DNA of 64,000 bases from Lophium mytilinum (taxonomy: Eukaryota), in contig MU004181.1 of NCBI GenBank assembly GCA_010093605.1, forward strand, positions 992,001-1,056,000. The letters run 5' to 3'. The notes below the pieces were generated by a model. The model searched no databases and was not told where the DNA came from. It saw only the letters and a list, made by a program, of their open reading frames with translations. Both the position numbers and the translations under genes were made by a program. Positions 38,195 through 51,417 of the stretch are shown here, one piece after another. Each line of letters opens with the position of its first letter. Position 1 is the stretch's first letter.

Positions 38195-40370
38195 CTACTC
38201 CTTTTTGAACATGTACCGCCCTGTATGTACACTCACTGGCCTCCCTGCTTTTTCTAGACATCCGCGAGCGAGATCCATCAGCAGTAGGTCGCTACCTGTC
38301 ATTTCGTTTAGCAGACTCCTCCATCAAGTACCAGACGGGTGTCTTGACGCGAACTTACCTGGCAAAGCTAGCAACCCAACTGCCACCGGCAACATCTCCT
38401 CTCTCCCGCTGATCACGGATTGGTAAGGTATCTCTCCAATCGGTACGACGAGTTCCGGTGCTTCTAAAATAGGGCTTAATGTTAGGGTAGTCACTCCTGA
38501 CGGAGCGTGGAACGGAGGCGGAGGCTGGTCCCGATACCGAGGAGATACATTCTCAATCGGTAGGATAACGAGTGCATTTCGCTTTTCGGATGCCATTATG
38601 GCGGAAAGGAACCACTGGCGATAGACGTTGATGCGGCGAACGGCCTCGTCGCGTTGGGCGGGGTCTATCTTTGAAGCGGACTCCCTAATTGGTGTCAGCT
38701 ATGTGGACGAGCGTTCATGTGAGTAAATGTAATTATACCATTGTGCTCGGACTGGTGGGCTAACGTATGGCTGTTTGTTGAATTTGCTCTGGTAGTCGGT
38801 TCGAAAACTGTCTAGTGCGTGGTAATCGTCGTACCAGAACGCATCTTTGGTTGCCTGCAAGTATCAGCTTGTGGATTTTGGGTCTGCAAACGCGGCTCAC
38901 ATCTTTCATGAAGTCACTTTGTGATTCACTGGCAGCTTCTTGAGGCGGTGCGCGTGACCATTCGTCCGCGAAGGACACTGCCTCTTGTTGAATACCCAAG
39001 AACGATTCCAGATCACCTACGAAATCTTGAGCGAGCTTTCGTTGGGCCGGGTTGATGCTTTCCCAGAAGTCCGATGGCCAAATCAATGCTGAGATAGGTT
39101 TCAGGTTTTTCGTCGATATACGACTGCCGTACCAAGCTGAAGCGAAGCTGCGCATCTGTTGTAGGTTCCGCCCCAGGAAGGAGGGGGTATCGAACAATCT
39201 AATTGTTCGTTAATCACGGGACACAAGCGCAGCGGGATCAAACACACTTGAAGCTCGAGACAAGGCCGTCCACGGGAACGAGTCCGAAAGTTGGACGCAT
39301 CGCGAAGCAACCATTCCATAATCCAGGGCGCCTACCGCTACCACTAGCTTTGCTCATTTTAGTACCTAACGCGAGATTCGAAAGAAGATTTGACATACTG
39401 TCAGATCCTATAGCAATATCGAGCCAGTCATACGCCCCAATAGCCGCGCCGCTACCACTACTGCTACCAGCTGGAGACTGGTAACCATCTGCTCTAGCAT
39501 TCCAAGGGGCCTGGTAGTCAATACACTGTGTCGGCTCCTCCCACGCCGCAAACGACACCAACTTCGCCGTTCCGACGATGACAGCCCCAGCGGCCACTAA
39601 CTGCTGGATACAAGTCGCCGTCTTCTCTCTCGACGGATACGTCTCCAAGTACGCCTTGTTACCTAGACTCGTCCTCAGCCCCTTCAAATGAAAATTATCT
39701 TTCACAAGCACCCTCAACCCAGCAAGCGGCGCGCCCATAAATGCAAAATACCCCAGCCGCGACGGCACCGCCACACTCACTCCCTCATGCGTCCTTCCCA
39801 CCTCCAGCCTCTCAAACGCATCTCTAGCCTTCATTTCCCCCGGCCGCAGCGCCTCCACAAACGCCCCCGCGGAATCAGAATACACGCGCCACACTTTCCA
39901 CAGCTTCTTCTGCATGATCACGTACGGCCCCGGCTGCAAGTCTGGCACCGCGCGCTGGTCGAGATACACGACCCAGCGCGTGCCGAACGCCTCGAGCTGC
40001 TGCTGGGCGTCGGCGCCCATCTCGACACCGGCGCCGGGTGGGTCGAGGAAGAGCAGCTCGGCGAGGAACTCGGGGCGGAAGACGTCGTCGGCGGTGGTGA
40101 AGGTGGAGACTAGGGTGCGGAGGTAGGCGGCGGTTATGGGGGTGCCTGGGGTGGATTTGATGACGGTGCAGAGGGTGGGTTCTTGGCGGTCGACTGTGAC
40201 GGCTTCCTAGGGGGTGTTAGGGGTGGGTAGATGCGGAGAGGGGAGGGGATGCTGACGGATTGGGAGGAAACTAGGTACGTGACGGGGCCGAGGGCGAAGG
40301 TGCGGGTTGAGGTCAACCACACGGGGTCGCCGGAGCCTACGCGGAGGCGGCTGCGGGCTTCTTGCTCCAT
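38195..40370 (-). CDS. Amidase signature family protein
   Basis: VLVKDNF (Lys), PAGSSSGS (cis-Ser) and IGSD|TSGSGRRP (nucleophile Ser). Several introns. Confidence 0.88.
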
Positions 40371-40783
40371 GGATGTGAGTCTTTTCTCTTATGTAGATCT
40401 TCTAATGGACTTTTAGGATTGTTGCTGCTTCGGGACACCCGGCATACGGGGAAGGAAATTTCTGTCGTAGCAGATTTTATATGGAAGTAAAAGAGAAAGA
40501 GAAAGGGAGAATGACGCGAAGATCGTTACTCTTTCACCTATGCCAAGGCATGTACATGTTGCTGTCTTTCCGGGAAGAAGAGTATGACGTAAGGAGCTCA
40601 GGAGAGAAAAGAATGATCAGAGAGCAAAGACGTGATTTGCGAGGTTCGCTCTACTTTGTACTTACGCGGGGTATAAAACACGCGGGGCACAAAGGTAGTG
40701 GCACACCCGATTAAGCGAGGTGGCGAGGTATGAACTCTCCCTCTTAGTTCTAAAAGCAGTAACTAAGATACTGCAGCTCAGAT

Positions 40784-42739
40784 TCAAACTACTTTCACTG
40801 TGGTCTCCGGTACATCATCGAATAGGTCCACTTCAGCTTTTTCAGCCAGTTCGGGAACAGTTTGCACTAACCCAACTCTTTCAAAAGCCCCCTTTACAGT
40901 TCTTGATGGCTGCAAGACTATAGCGATGTACGCAAAACCGCTGCCAGTCCCAACCAATGCACAGAGTACTTTCAGCTGCCGACGGATGTCAAGGTCGATA
41001 TCCCAATGCACACCAATAATTGTGACGGTACCGCAGACGATAGGTGTGCGACGATTCTCCCAAACGACCAAGCCCTCCACACATCGTGTCTTCAAGGTGA
41101 TATAACCTGATTTTATAGCTCCAGTAGGGTCTACTCCAACGGGCTCACACGACGCTTCTACCAATTTAGCATGCGGAACACTGAGTCTCCAATGGTTCTC
41201 AACCCAATCTTGGATACCCGGACACTTCGGCTTGACTTGTCCACCCTGATGGGTTTCTAGGGAAGTCCATGACCATGTTGGAGCGCGATACGTCGGCGTG
41301 CGTTTCCGATACGTGCTGACCATATTATCTTCCCTAACATCGGGCCAGACTGGTCTCGGAAGCCAAATCAAAGATTCTAGTAGGTCGTCCTTCCATACTC
41401 CAGCAAGATAAATGCCTGTGCCTCTAGCCTGCATGTATTTAGCCAGTCCGGATATTGCGGGCAAGCGGTCAGAATCATATGTTATGTCTTTCCTTGAATA
41501 GATTGAAAGAAGGCTACGCCATCCACCGAATCGCTCTATGGCGTCGTCGGAATGCGCCCTCTCCCAGAAGTCCTTGTCCAAGTCGTTGATGTTCTGGTAC
41601 TCGTAATCCTCCTGCATACACTCGCACTTTTGGCCGCTTCGGCATTTCCACAGCAACTCCTTTCCTGTGAAGAAGATGCTCCGTTGCGGGAGTAGCTGCT
41701 CTTGGAATGCCCACGCGCGGGTTGAGAGTGCGGAGGGAGCCTCGTACTCTAGATAAGGACCAGGAATCAAAGTATCATGGGATGGTGATTTCCGGGCGAT
41801 TATCTTGGAAGAATGGCCATCACGATTGATGTAGTCGAAGTCCACAATTTCATCGGATTGCGCTACACTTTTGTCCCACTTCTTGCTCCATAGTCCGCCT
41901 TGACAATCGGCAGCATTGCTAGCAAACAAGACGACGGACGCGTTCTGGTATATTGATGCCATTCTCGAAGCTTCAATTTCCCAGTCAGGCCCATCATCTT
42001 GAAGAATACACAGCGAGTCAATCCAAATATACTGAATGTTGATGGCTCTACAGACGATGATCGCGTGCTGGAAGTTGATTGGTAGCGCGGTGAACGGAAT
42101 ACTGCTCTGGTGCTTCGCGACGTTGCTCTTCATAGTTTTGAGAAAAGTAGTCTTACCCCAGCAGTGGCTCAGAGCGGCATACTGGCCCTCTTCGCCGCTG
42201 GAAATATGGAGAAATGGATCATATCCTTCTGCACTCTTCTTGCCTACGTTAATAACGCGGGTAGGCAAGACTGTATTCCCTCTCTTACAAGCAGAATGAT
42301 TCTCATCACAGTCCTTCAACCACTCTGAAAGCACCGCCCTAAATCCAGTCTTTCGGGAAGCAGAGGGCGTTCTATAAGGATACAAAATGATCCAGTCTGG
42401 AGGCGACGTGTTGTACAAGTAATGCAGATGCACTTCTTGGTTTCCAATGACCCGACGGTCCTCTTTCGCGTCGCCAAGCACAAGCCGGACCATCTGATAG
42501 TGCTCTTCCAGGCGAACAAGGACGAACGATGCGTCTTCTTCTAGGGCTGGATGTAGTTGTATACAGGCTTGATATAGTATTTGGCACTTCAGACATCCCC
42601 GATCTCCAGAGATTCCAAGATTGGAGAGCGACCTTAGCGGTTCTTCGTAATCTTCGGGGCTGAAGTCGGTACTCGTTGTGTTGCAAAACACACTGCAGAA
42701 CGTGCCCCCGGACAGGAATGACTCTTTTCCTGTCATCAT
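40784..42739 (-). CDS. HET-domain heterokaryon-incompatibility protein, intronless
   Basis: LPTRVINV, YAALSHCWG, YIWIDSLCILQDD, MASIYQNA, LSTRAWAFQEQLL, DRLPAISGLA and APTWSW. Confidence 0.93.
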   Translation of the reverse strand: MMTGKESFLSGGTFCSVFCNTTSTDFSPEDYEEPLRSLSNLGISGDRGCLKCQILYQACIQLHPALEEDASFVLVRLEEHYQMVRLVLGDAKEDRRVIGNQEVHLHYLYNTSPPDWIILYPYRTPSASRKTGFRAVLSEWLKDCDENHSACKRGNTVLPTRVINVGKKSAEGYDPFLHISSGEEGQYAALSHCWGKTTFLKTMKSNVAKHQSSIPFTALPINFQHAIIVCRAINIQYIWIDSLCILQDDGPDWEIEASRMASIYQNASVVLFASNAADCQGGLWSKKWDKSVAQSDEIVDFDYINRDGHSSKIIARKSPSHDTLIPGPYLEYEAPSALSTRAWAFQEQLLPQRSIFFTGKELLWKCRSGQKCECMQEDYEYQNINDLDKDFWERAHSDDAIERFGGWRSLLSIYSRKDITYDSDRLPAISGLAKYMQARGTGIYLAGVWKDDLLESLIWLPRPVWPDVREDNMVSTYRKRTPTYRAPTWSWTSLETHQGGQVKPKCPGIQDWVENHWRLSVPHAKLVEASCEPVGVDPTGAIKSGYITLKTRCVEGLVVWENRRTPIVCGTVTIIGVHWDIDLDIRRQLKVLCALVGTGSGFAYIAIVLQPSRTVKGAFERVGLVQTVPELAEKAEVDLFDDVPETTVKVV

Positions 42740-43464
42740 GAAGCCTGGGGGCTCGCCGCTGAATTCGCTTGGTGTAGTCGAATCACACGCAAAGACGCAG
42801 TGAACTGAGCTACCGTTCCCCCATCATTCATTTGAAAAGAGATAAATTGTGTACTTAGCTTGATCTTATCGTCCTTGAGTCGCTGCCACGTCACTTTTCG
42901 CTACTGTAACGTATCACGTGGCTTTCACGTGATATTTGGACAGCAGGTAGCCCGATTTGATGCTTGTCAACTACTGGATCTTATTAGTGTTAAGGGATAC
43001 CTTTTAGAGGCTATAAAAGCATCATATTTTCATTATGAGATTGCCTGCTTTGGGTATATGCTTCTCCAATGCCGCCTCATACGCTGACAAAGACCTAGCT
43101 GACATCGGTGAACAGGTCGTACAAGCGTGGGGTTCAAAGCCTCAATGAAGTCCATACATGAAGCATGCACAGTGTTGCCTTCTCTCGTGGGGGCTTGCAT
43201 GCCGAAGAGTGAGGCTGCTGCCCACCGGTCAGAGAATCCGGACTAGCGTGGAGGCATCTCGAACATCCCCCCATGTGACTTCGCGGTGTTGGAGAAAGAG
43301 GCTGATTTTAACACAAAGTACTTTTCTATTGATTTGATCCCGCTCCGAATACCCCCACTCCCTATGTCACAAGCAAGGCAAACACAGCCGCGCCCGCAGG
43401 ATGAGCTTGTCTCGTATCTGCACAACCCACGCACAGCCCGAGGCGCACATTGCTGCCTTCTTCC

Positions 43465-46400
43465 TCATCTAGACCAGAAGACTACGGTCTTATCGAAGTC
43501 CTCGTCTATTAGTTCCTCTACAGGCCGCGTGTCCTTCGGCCTGATTTCTTGATACAGCGTCCAGCTGGTTTGGAGCTCTTCCGCCGCCTCATTTTTCCGG
43601 CCTAGAAGTCGCAAAGTCTTCGCTCGTTTGAAGTGCGCACGCGCCTTCTCTGGCTTGTAAGCCTCGCGGTCACCGTAGGCTCGTAGAGCCTGATCTAACA
43701 GAGTACTGGAAGGAGCGTCGTTGATTAGCTGAAGTGCTGTTCGTGGGAGTGTAAAAGAGGTGCTTACAGTGCTGTGTCAATCTGGTCTTTGCGAATGCAA
43801 TGTTCGGCTACTTTGATGCACTGCGACGGTGAGTGATAGTAAAAAATCTAGAGGTTAGGAGACCTACGATGTCTGCAGTCCGATGATGATTGTTTCCCAA
43901 TGTGTTTTTGTAGTGAAGCAGCGCCTTGCGATGGAATTCTAGGCTTTCTTCCATATGTCCTTGGGTTGCTTTGACATTTCCGATAGCGTGGAAGAACCTG
44001 CCAGTGCTAAGAAACATGTCAGTTTCAGCTTTATTCTTTCAGTGTCCTCTCCTGACTTACATGAAAGACTCCTTGTCGTCCATCCCAAAATGAGCCTGCC
44101 GATATGACAGTCCCTTTCAACAAATTAGCTTCTGCGCGACCGCGTGGAAACATCATGTTGCTTACCTCCGTCAAAATAATGAGAGCCCTCTCGCATCTAT
44201 TCGTCAACCAATACGCCTGGCCTAGATTGACGACTGGTAGCGATATCCACACTTGCTTGAAATTGTCCACCTTATGCATCGCAAGGATCGCGCTGCGAAA
44301 GCAATCCTCTCCTTCCTCCCACAATTCATTGATCATCTTCGCCGTCCCAAGCTGGTTCCAGGATATTCCAAGACGCCAATCGATTCCAGGTGGTCGTCCT
44401 TCAAAGTCCTGTATCATCATGGTGTTGAAAAGGCTATGATGCCTTAAAGCGTCTTTAGGACAGTTCGTTTCTGTAGCTATGCAACCCCGATTGTGGTGTA
44501 ATTCGGCCAGAACCGCATCTACCTCTTGTTCGGAAATCACGTTTCTTCCTCCGGCTCGTGGTGCTAGAACTTGCGGCATGTTGGCAGAATTTGATCGAAC
44601 TCGGGTAAGTAATGATGAGCTTGTGGCTCCAGAATCTGTGTCTGGTGAACGATGGACCAAAAATATTTGCTCGCAAAGTGGAATCTCATTGGTTTCGAAT
44701 CTTGAAAGTGGCTCGGCAAACGTGACAGTATGGGGTGTTGCAGAGGGTTGGGGTGTTGGCGACGATGCTGCCAGCGCTTTATTTCCTGTGGTCAACTCTG
44801 CCTGAATGAATGCCAGCTCGCACTGGGTGGGTTCTTCGATGTCCGTAGTGGGCTTCGGGAGCAGGCCCTTGATCGACTCGCATATGTACTGTGCAGTGTC
44901 ATAGAAGCCCTCTGCTTCAGACGAGCCACCACGTTCATGCTGATACCTGTAACGAAACGTCGTTAGAGGACCCAAGCAGCGAAAGGACAAGAGACACTTA
45001 CCAGCCAGCATCCATCAACAGCTTCGCGTATTCAAAATCTCCCGCCACATTATCCGGGTCGGGTGCGAAAGGCTTTGATAGCTCCCTAAGCCGAATGATA
45101 TGAGGGTATAGGTCTGCGCACTTCGACCAACGGGAAATACTATGTCGCCACGTGAAAGGCTGGTTCACCGTTAGCATCGTTACTACGGACTAGGTTTGGT
45201 AATTTCAAATCATACCTGGTAGGGCCAAACAGACGAAATAAGTCGAACAGCGGCGTCAAAGGTTTCCCTATATTGAGACCGACTCATACGCAGGCGTGCA
45301 ACGTCTTGCACGAGACGATGAATGAATAGAGTCTGCATCCTCGCATTTCCGCCGACAATGGAGGATTGAATGAGTTCAGTCCTTGCGACGCTATACGCTT
45401 TGATAGACTTGGGGTACTCCTTCAAGTTGACAGTATCAGCAAACGACGTTAGTATGTGCTCCGGTATGCTATCGGGATCCAGCATGGAGATCACATCTAG
45501 CAGAGCTTTTCCTTCCTTAAGATTCTCAAGCGCCCAGACAGACGCTAGGTTGTGACCATAGTTTGCCTTGGTAGTCAAACCATCCACCTGGAACTTGAAC
45601 ATTGCTTCTTTCTTTTCTCGTTCGTTGTACGCTCGGATGAAGTCTGAAAAAGTCAGGTCTGAGTTTGTGATGAAGCGGGCCATCTGGGTCAGAGCGAGCG
45701 GTAGCCCACCAAATCTTTTGGAGATGGTGATAGCATCCTCTTCGTCTTCCTTCGACGCGCCACGCTTCGTCATTTTCAAGAGGAAGCCGGCTCCGTCTTC
45801 CGGGCTAAATGGTTTGAGACCCAGAGATGCTGTCCAGGGAAGAGGATCGCGGCTTGTTATGAGGATGGAACCCGAGCCTCCTAGAGGCCAAAAGACGTTC
45901 AAGAGCTCTGGCCTATCGGCTCCATCGTAGACTAGTAACCATGACGCCAGTGGTCCTTCGTCGTTGCTATCTCTTCTGGTCTCTCTCCTATTCTTTGTGG
46001 GCTGTGCCTTCAAAGGATGAGCAAGCCACATCTTAACCCGTTCTCTAGTCAATACGTGATCCTTTGCTTCCGGCGAGTCCTGTCCAACCAAGCCGAGAGC
46101 AAGTGCAATGCTGCTGAAGTCCTCTGAAAGCTTGGACTGCTCGTCCGCGTGAACCCAGAAGACTGCATCAAATAGCCTTTTGTTATTACAAACAAACTCG
46201 GTCGCGAGCTGAGATTTGCCCATGCCGCCGGCTCCGGTAATCGCAAATGTTTTGAGCAAGGAGTACTCTTCGGGACCCTCCTCAGGTCTCGAAGCACACA
46301 GAGCGTTCTCTATTTCTGTCAACTCTTTTGTGCGGCCAAAGAAAGATCGATTGCGGCCGAAGGGCATCAAGTGGCAAGGGAACCGAACTTCGGATCGATC

Positions 46401-48369
46401 GGTGCTTGCGTCAGACATGTAGAACACTTGAACAAAAGCTTGTAGGCGTTTGTCGTTATCGTGTCCTTCGTACTCAACTTTAGGGATGAAGCCCCATTCG
46501 AGACTCTTTTCACCCTCTACTTGCGCCAAATCAGACTCATCGTCGGGGGTCAAGTTAGGGCCTTCGTCCTCAAAATCAAGGGGTGACTGGTCATCATCAT
46601 GGTCGATAGTGCTACCTCTGCCGTTACGAGATGCAGTGCGTACACTGGAAGCGTCGTCCTCGACGTCTTCGGACCAGGGGAGAGACCGAACCGCGACTTC
46701 TTGGAGGTGAGCGGCTAAATGGTTTGCCACAAAGGTGGATGCTGCTTTGCTTTTTCGCTGTCGGGTAGTATAGTCCGAGTCATGTGGCGACTCAAGGCCT
46801 TCTAAGAGCTCCTTCGGGGGCTCTAAGCCGCAGAGAGGACATGCCAAAAAGATGTTTTGTGAAGGTCTTGCGTTCATATGCCTGAGTTGGGAGACTTGGA
46901 CATCTGTAAATGTACCTGGATGGTCCAGGTTCATATGATCGACGAAATCAGTCTCAGCTTCGAATACCTCGGGAGATTTTCCATGCATAGTGCAGTGCCA
47001 CTGTCTTGCGTGCTCCCATTCCATATGAGAGATCCATGATTCACGGTTTGAGAATAGGTGGTCGGCCCGGGAACAATTATCGAATACGCAGACGTAGCAT
47101 TCTAAGTCCTGGAGAACGTGAACCCTCCACCGAGTCGGTGTTGATTCCTTCACAGGAAGAATCATACAACAATACGGACATTCAAATTCTTTGCTCGAAG
47201 GCAATAGCTTTGGCGGAGGTGGGACTTGGACTGCATCTGTATGGGGACCAGCAAACACAGTAGATGGCGCTTTTGTTGATGGTGCGAGAACGGAGTCGGC
47301 TCTGAACGCACGAGGGAATGCAGATGCCGTGGTACCAGAGATGGTACTACGGTCCGGCTTTACAGTCAGTTTCGAGACTGTTGAAGACGCAGGCTGGGCC
47401 GCTGGAACCAAAGTGTTTCGTGAGACCTGACTTGCACCCCATAAAGGTATTATTTTCGAAACGGTAGGAGTTAAGCCTTTGCTACCAAGTTTGCTCTGGT
47501 GTCTCCGGCGGAAGATGAAACGGCGCCTGCGCAAAAGCATGGCTTTGCTTATCCTGTCAAGTAATGCAGCATCCGCGTCTGGGAAACGATGCTTGACGAA
47601 ACTACGAGCGAAAAGCCCGAAATTTGGACTGAAGTCATTTCCTGCTTCATCTTTGATCACTCTGATATCGGCCTTAAGATTCTGCGTGGCTTGGGATGGT
47701 TTACGGATAGCCTAAGCGATCAAAATCAGAACTGTTTAAGATGAGATCGAACGGAGCGCATACCGTAGTGAACCTGAAGAGCCTGTCCACGACTTGCTCT
47801 ACGGAACGTAGTCGCTCTTCAAAAGGGGGTAGGGTCTCTGACTTGGTGTCGCTTTCCGAGTCCAGATCAGACGCGGAGGCAGAATAGTAAGACTGCGGTG
47901 CAGCAGAAGATACAGAATGACTTGAGACGGAAGTGGTATCATCGAAATATCCTGAAGCTTCCGCAGGATCTTCTTCGTGGTCATCGCTGGCTCCATAAGC
48001 GCTTTGGTGGATGTAAGTTGCTACTCTTCTTGTTAGTTGGACGTAAGATATTAGTGTCGTGGAGACTAAAAGTAGAGGTGTCCTGTATCATCACGTACCC
48101 CTTTGAAGGTGATCTTGCAGCCCATCGAGAAGACCTTTGACAAGAAGTTTTGGCTGATGCTCTTCGCGGAGCCGATGATCTAGCGATGCATGGCCCGCTG
48201 CGAATACTCCGATGTTTCCGGCCCAGATATTGAAGCGGCCGTGCTGGTCATCCAAGGCTGAAATCAACGCAGCCTTCTCATGTGGTGCATCTTCAGATAA
48301 CAGTGTCTTCAAGCGATTGAAAAGGACTACACAAGCCGAAGCCTGTGTTTCTAATGTCCTCTTATCCAT
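43465..48369 (-). CDS. Fungal NLR-like STAND protein: N-terminal helical domain, C2H2-type zinc fingers, NB-ARC, TPR repeats
   Basis: RFNIWAGNIG...SLDHRLR N-terminus; FECPYC...WRVHVLQDLECYVC...HMEWEH zinc fingers; RNRSFFGR; Walker A GAGGMGKS; Walker B LLVYDGAD; LITSRD; GGLPLALTQ; TPR-like HNRGCIA and ISWNQLG; ends FDKTVVFWSR*. Confidence 0.88.
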
Positions 48370-48752
48370 CGAGAGGTTGCAACATGAGAAAATGACGGGT
48401 ACAAGAGCTTGAACGGTGAAGTTTCGATACTGCAGCCAGGGTGCTCAAGGAAAGAGGCGAAGGGGCGGGCACGTTTTCAACTGACCGGTTCTGAAAATAC
48501 AGTGAACAGCGATTGGTTGATCCCGCAGGGCGAGACTAACACAAGGCAGACATGCGAAGAGAAAATGGTGAGCAGGCTGGAGGATTATTTCGTGGTTCGC
48601 ATTGCTGCAAGCCGTAAGGCAAACCGGTGGGCTGTGTTAAGCCTCGGGCAACCCCCACATCGCCGGACGAGAGCATATGTATAGAGCCTGGGAGGAAGAA
48701 TTCTGTATTCCTCTCGGCCTTGACACTGTTATTACACATTTCACACCTCATT

Positions 48753-50621
48753 ATGTCTGGAGCCGAAGTCGGTTTGCTGTTAGCAATAATACCTATCTTA
48801 GTCAACGCTGCCGAGCATTCAAAGAGAGTATGCCGTCCAGTGCGTGCAGCACTCCACCCTTCTGATGCGGCTGAGAAGCTTGCGGACTTTTTCCAAGACC
48901 TTCATATCGAAGTTAATTTCCTCGACATAACCATCAATAACCTCATTCGTGACCTACCAATGCTTTCGGAAGATCAGGCTCGACGGCTTGGTGATTTTTC
49001 GAAGCCCAGCAGCTGGGAAAGTCCCGAAATCACAACCGCGCTGGAGGATAGATTAGGCGCGTCTTACAAGGCGTTTGCGGCTACAGTACAAGCAGCGCTT
49101 CGGATCTTGGAGGATATCCTGAGTGGTCAAACTCTCGAGAGTCTCAAAAAACATGGAGCTGTCGCGGTAAGCGGAAGCCGGGTATCCCATTTCGCATACA
49201 CTAACAACTTTCCTTCACAGAACCCAAGCGACAAGTATAGCAAGCTCTCTATTTTGAGGCGAAATATCACCCACGGAGACAACAAAAGTTCTCTCTTACG
49301 CAGAGTCCAGTTCAGTACCAGAGAGGACAAGCGAAAGCGCTCGCTCAAAAGACTCACCAAAAATAATCACAACCTAGAGAGGCTCCTCAGTCAGACACAA
49401 GAGCCACCCAGCACTAAACTTTCGCGTAAAGCAGCTCCGAAAGGGCAATTCTGGAAGTTTTTGCATAACCTCTACGATGCAATGGTTCGACAGCTGTCAT
49501 GTGGCTGCCCACCGTATCACCAAGGAAGAGTGGATATGGTGAAAAGCTTGCAAAGTTCACTCTGCGAATCTTCTGCGACAGTGGATCTGGATGTCTTTTT
49601 ATCGCGAAAGCTGATGGATGATTACGAGACTACGAGGTGGCATGGTAGCACTATTAGCATCAACCTTGAGAAGTGAGTCCGATATTTGCTCTCTTCTGGG
49701 CCCTACTGTGAGCTAACAGCTTGATGTAGTTTGTCTACGCCAAAAGTATGCGTCAGCTTCGCCCAGGACGTTGACGAAGACGGTGCAAGTCGTACAAGGG
49801 CAGACAGTGTCATAGAACCACGGTCTCCAGATTTGCCAGAAGAAGCAATTGAGAACATTTGCCATCTGATGGAAGTTGCGTACGAAAATGAGTGCAAGCT
49901 GCGGATGCTCTTTGACAGTAACCAGCTATTCCGCGCGAAATCCCTGAGCCAGCATCGCGGTCTCGGCCAAGGAACATCTCTCGGAAAGCTGCTCCGAGAA
50001 AAGAGGAAGTTGACGTTGAAGCAGAAGAGAGTGTTGGCAGTCGTCTTAGCCCACGCTATGCTTCAATACCATGGCAGCCCTTGGATGAGCGATGAGTGGT
50101 CCAAAGACCAAGTCGAGTTCTTTTGTGATCAATCTGGGTGCGACACGCTCAATATCCAGCGGCCATACATATCGACGCACTTCCTCGAGTCGTCAGGTCA
50201 GGCCGTAACGCCAGACTATGCCCTGCACCAATACCCGGCTGTCTTAGCGTTGGGCATCATGCTACTAGAGATCCATCTCGGGGACACGATTGAGTCGAGG
50301 AGGAAGCCCGACGAAGACTGTGGTAAGGATGGTCGTGTGAACGTCAACACAAACTTGTTCACGGCCCACCGGATTCTCAAGGACTCTTGTGACGATATGT
50401 ATGGCAATTACAGTAATGCTATCCGAGCTTGCCTTGACCAGAGTATATTCCTAGGCATGGACGAGGACGACTTCCGACAAGCGCTCTATAGCAACATCGT
50501 GGCTCCGCTGGAGGAAGAGTTGAAGACGGGATTTCAGATGAACGTTAGCCACGTGTGGGAAGGCGGGAATCTCAGTTCTGTGCAGGTGATTGCAGGACAG
50601 ATGGCGGCGTGTGTTCTCTGA
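48753..50621 (+). CDS. HeLo-like N-terminal domain plus degenerate kinase-like (DUF7580-like) domain protein
   Basis: Hydrophobic N-terminus MSGAEVGLLLAIIPILVNAAEH, CGCPPYH, LAVVLAHAMLQYHGSPWM...W, LALGIMLLEI, IRACL and YSNIVAPLE. Introns at about 49167-49220 and 49673-49729. The family assignment rests on motif recall only. Confidence 0.75.
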
Positions 50622-51417
50622 CGCCCAGGGTGTTCTTGGATTGTTGATCATGTGAAACTTTGGGGGTGTGCGTTGGCGTTCTCCTGTACGTATAACTGGT
50701 CTGAGGGCGTTGTATATCCTGGGTATTGCTTTTTGGTCGCGGAAATAGGGCATGCATGCATTAACCTCCCGCACCTCTCAATGCATCTCATCGGGCCACG
50801 CGCGCAACCTGCTGCCAAGTCTTGAATTGTGCCGCTCACCGAACGTAGTGCGACACCCTCCTACCTACACTGCTGTGCTTCACGTCGTCGACTTTGAAGC
50901 TTCGTTGAAGAGAATGGCAACCGTCATGCGGCCTTGACGCGTGAGGCAGAGAGGCGCCCGACACCTTACGGTATCTGGCAAGGCACGCAATCGCAAGGCT
51001 GACCCCTCCCTCACCGCTGCGGCGATGACTTGTCGTCGCACGAGCGATTTCGGGCTCGAATAATATCCGGATAACCTCCAGCTCCCTCTGCTCGCCAACT
51101 GACCTCTCTCGAACCTCCTCTTCAATTCGGACCTCAAGCCATTGCCATAAGTCTGCGGATTGCCATTAAGCCTCTGGATTGCTGAACACTGCAAAGCTCG
51201 AAGAACAGTCCCGTGAGAGATCCGGAAGAAGTAGGAACCTTCCAACCTAGCAATTGCGTCCGATTGAGACTCAATGGTGTCATAGCACTCGGCTTCTACC
51301 AATCGACAGTGACAAATACTCCCATTGAGCAGCCTCTTGAACAAGTAAGTGGTACGAGGTCTTACGTAGACGGAGTGCGTCAGCCGCTAACTTGCCAATC
51401 TTAGAGAGTTCATCACC

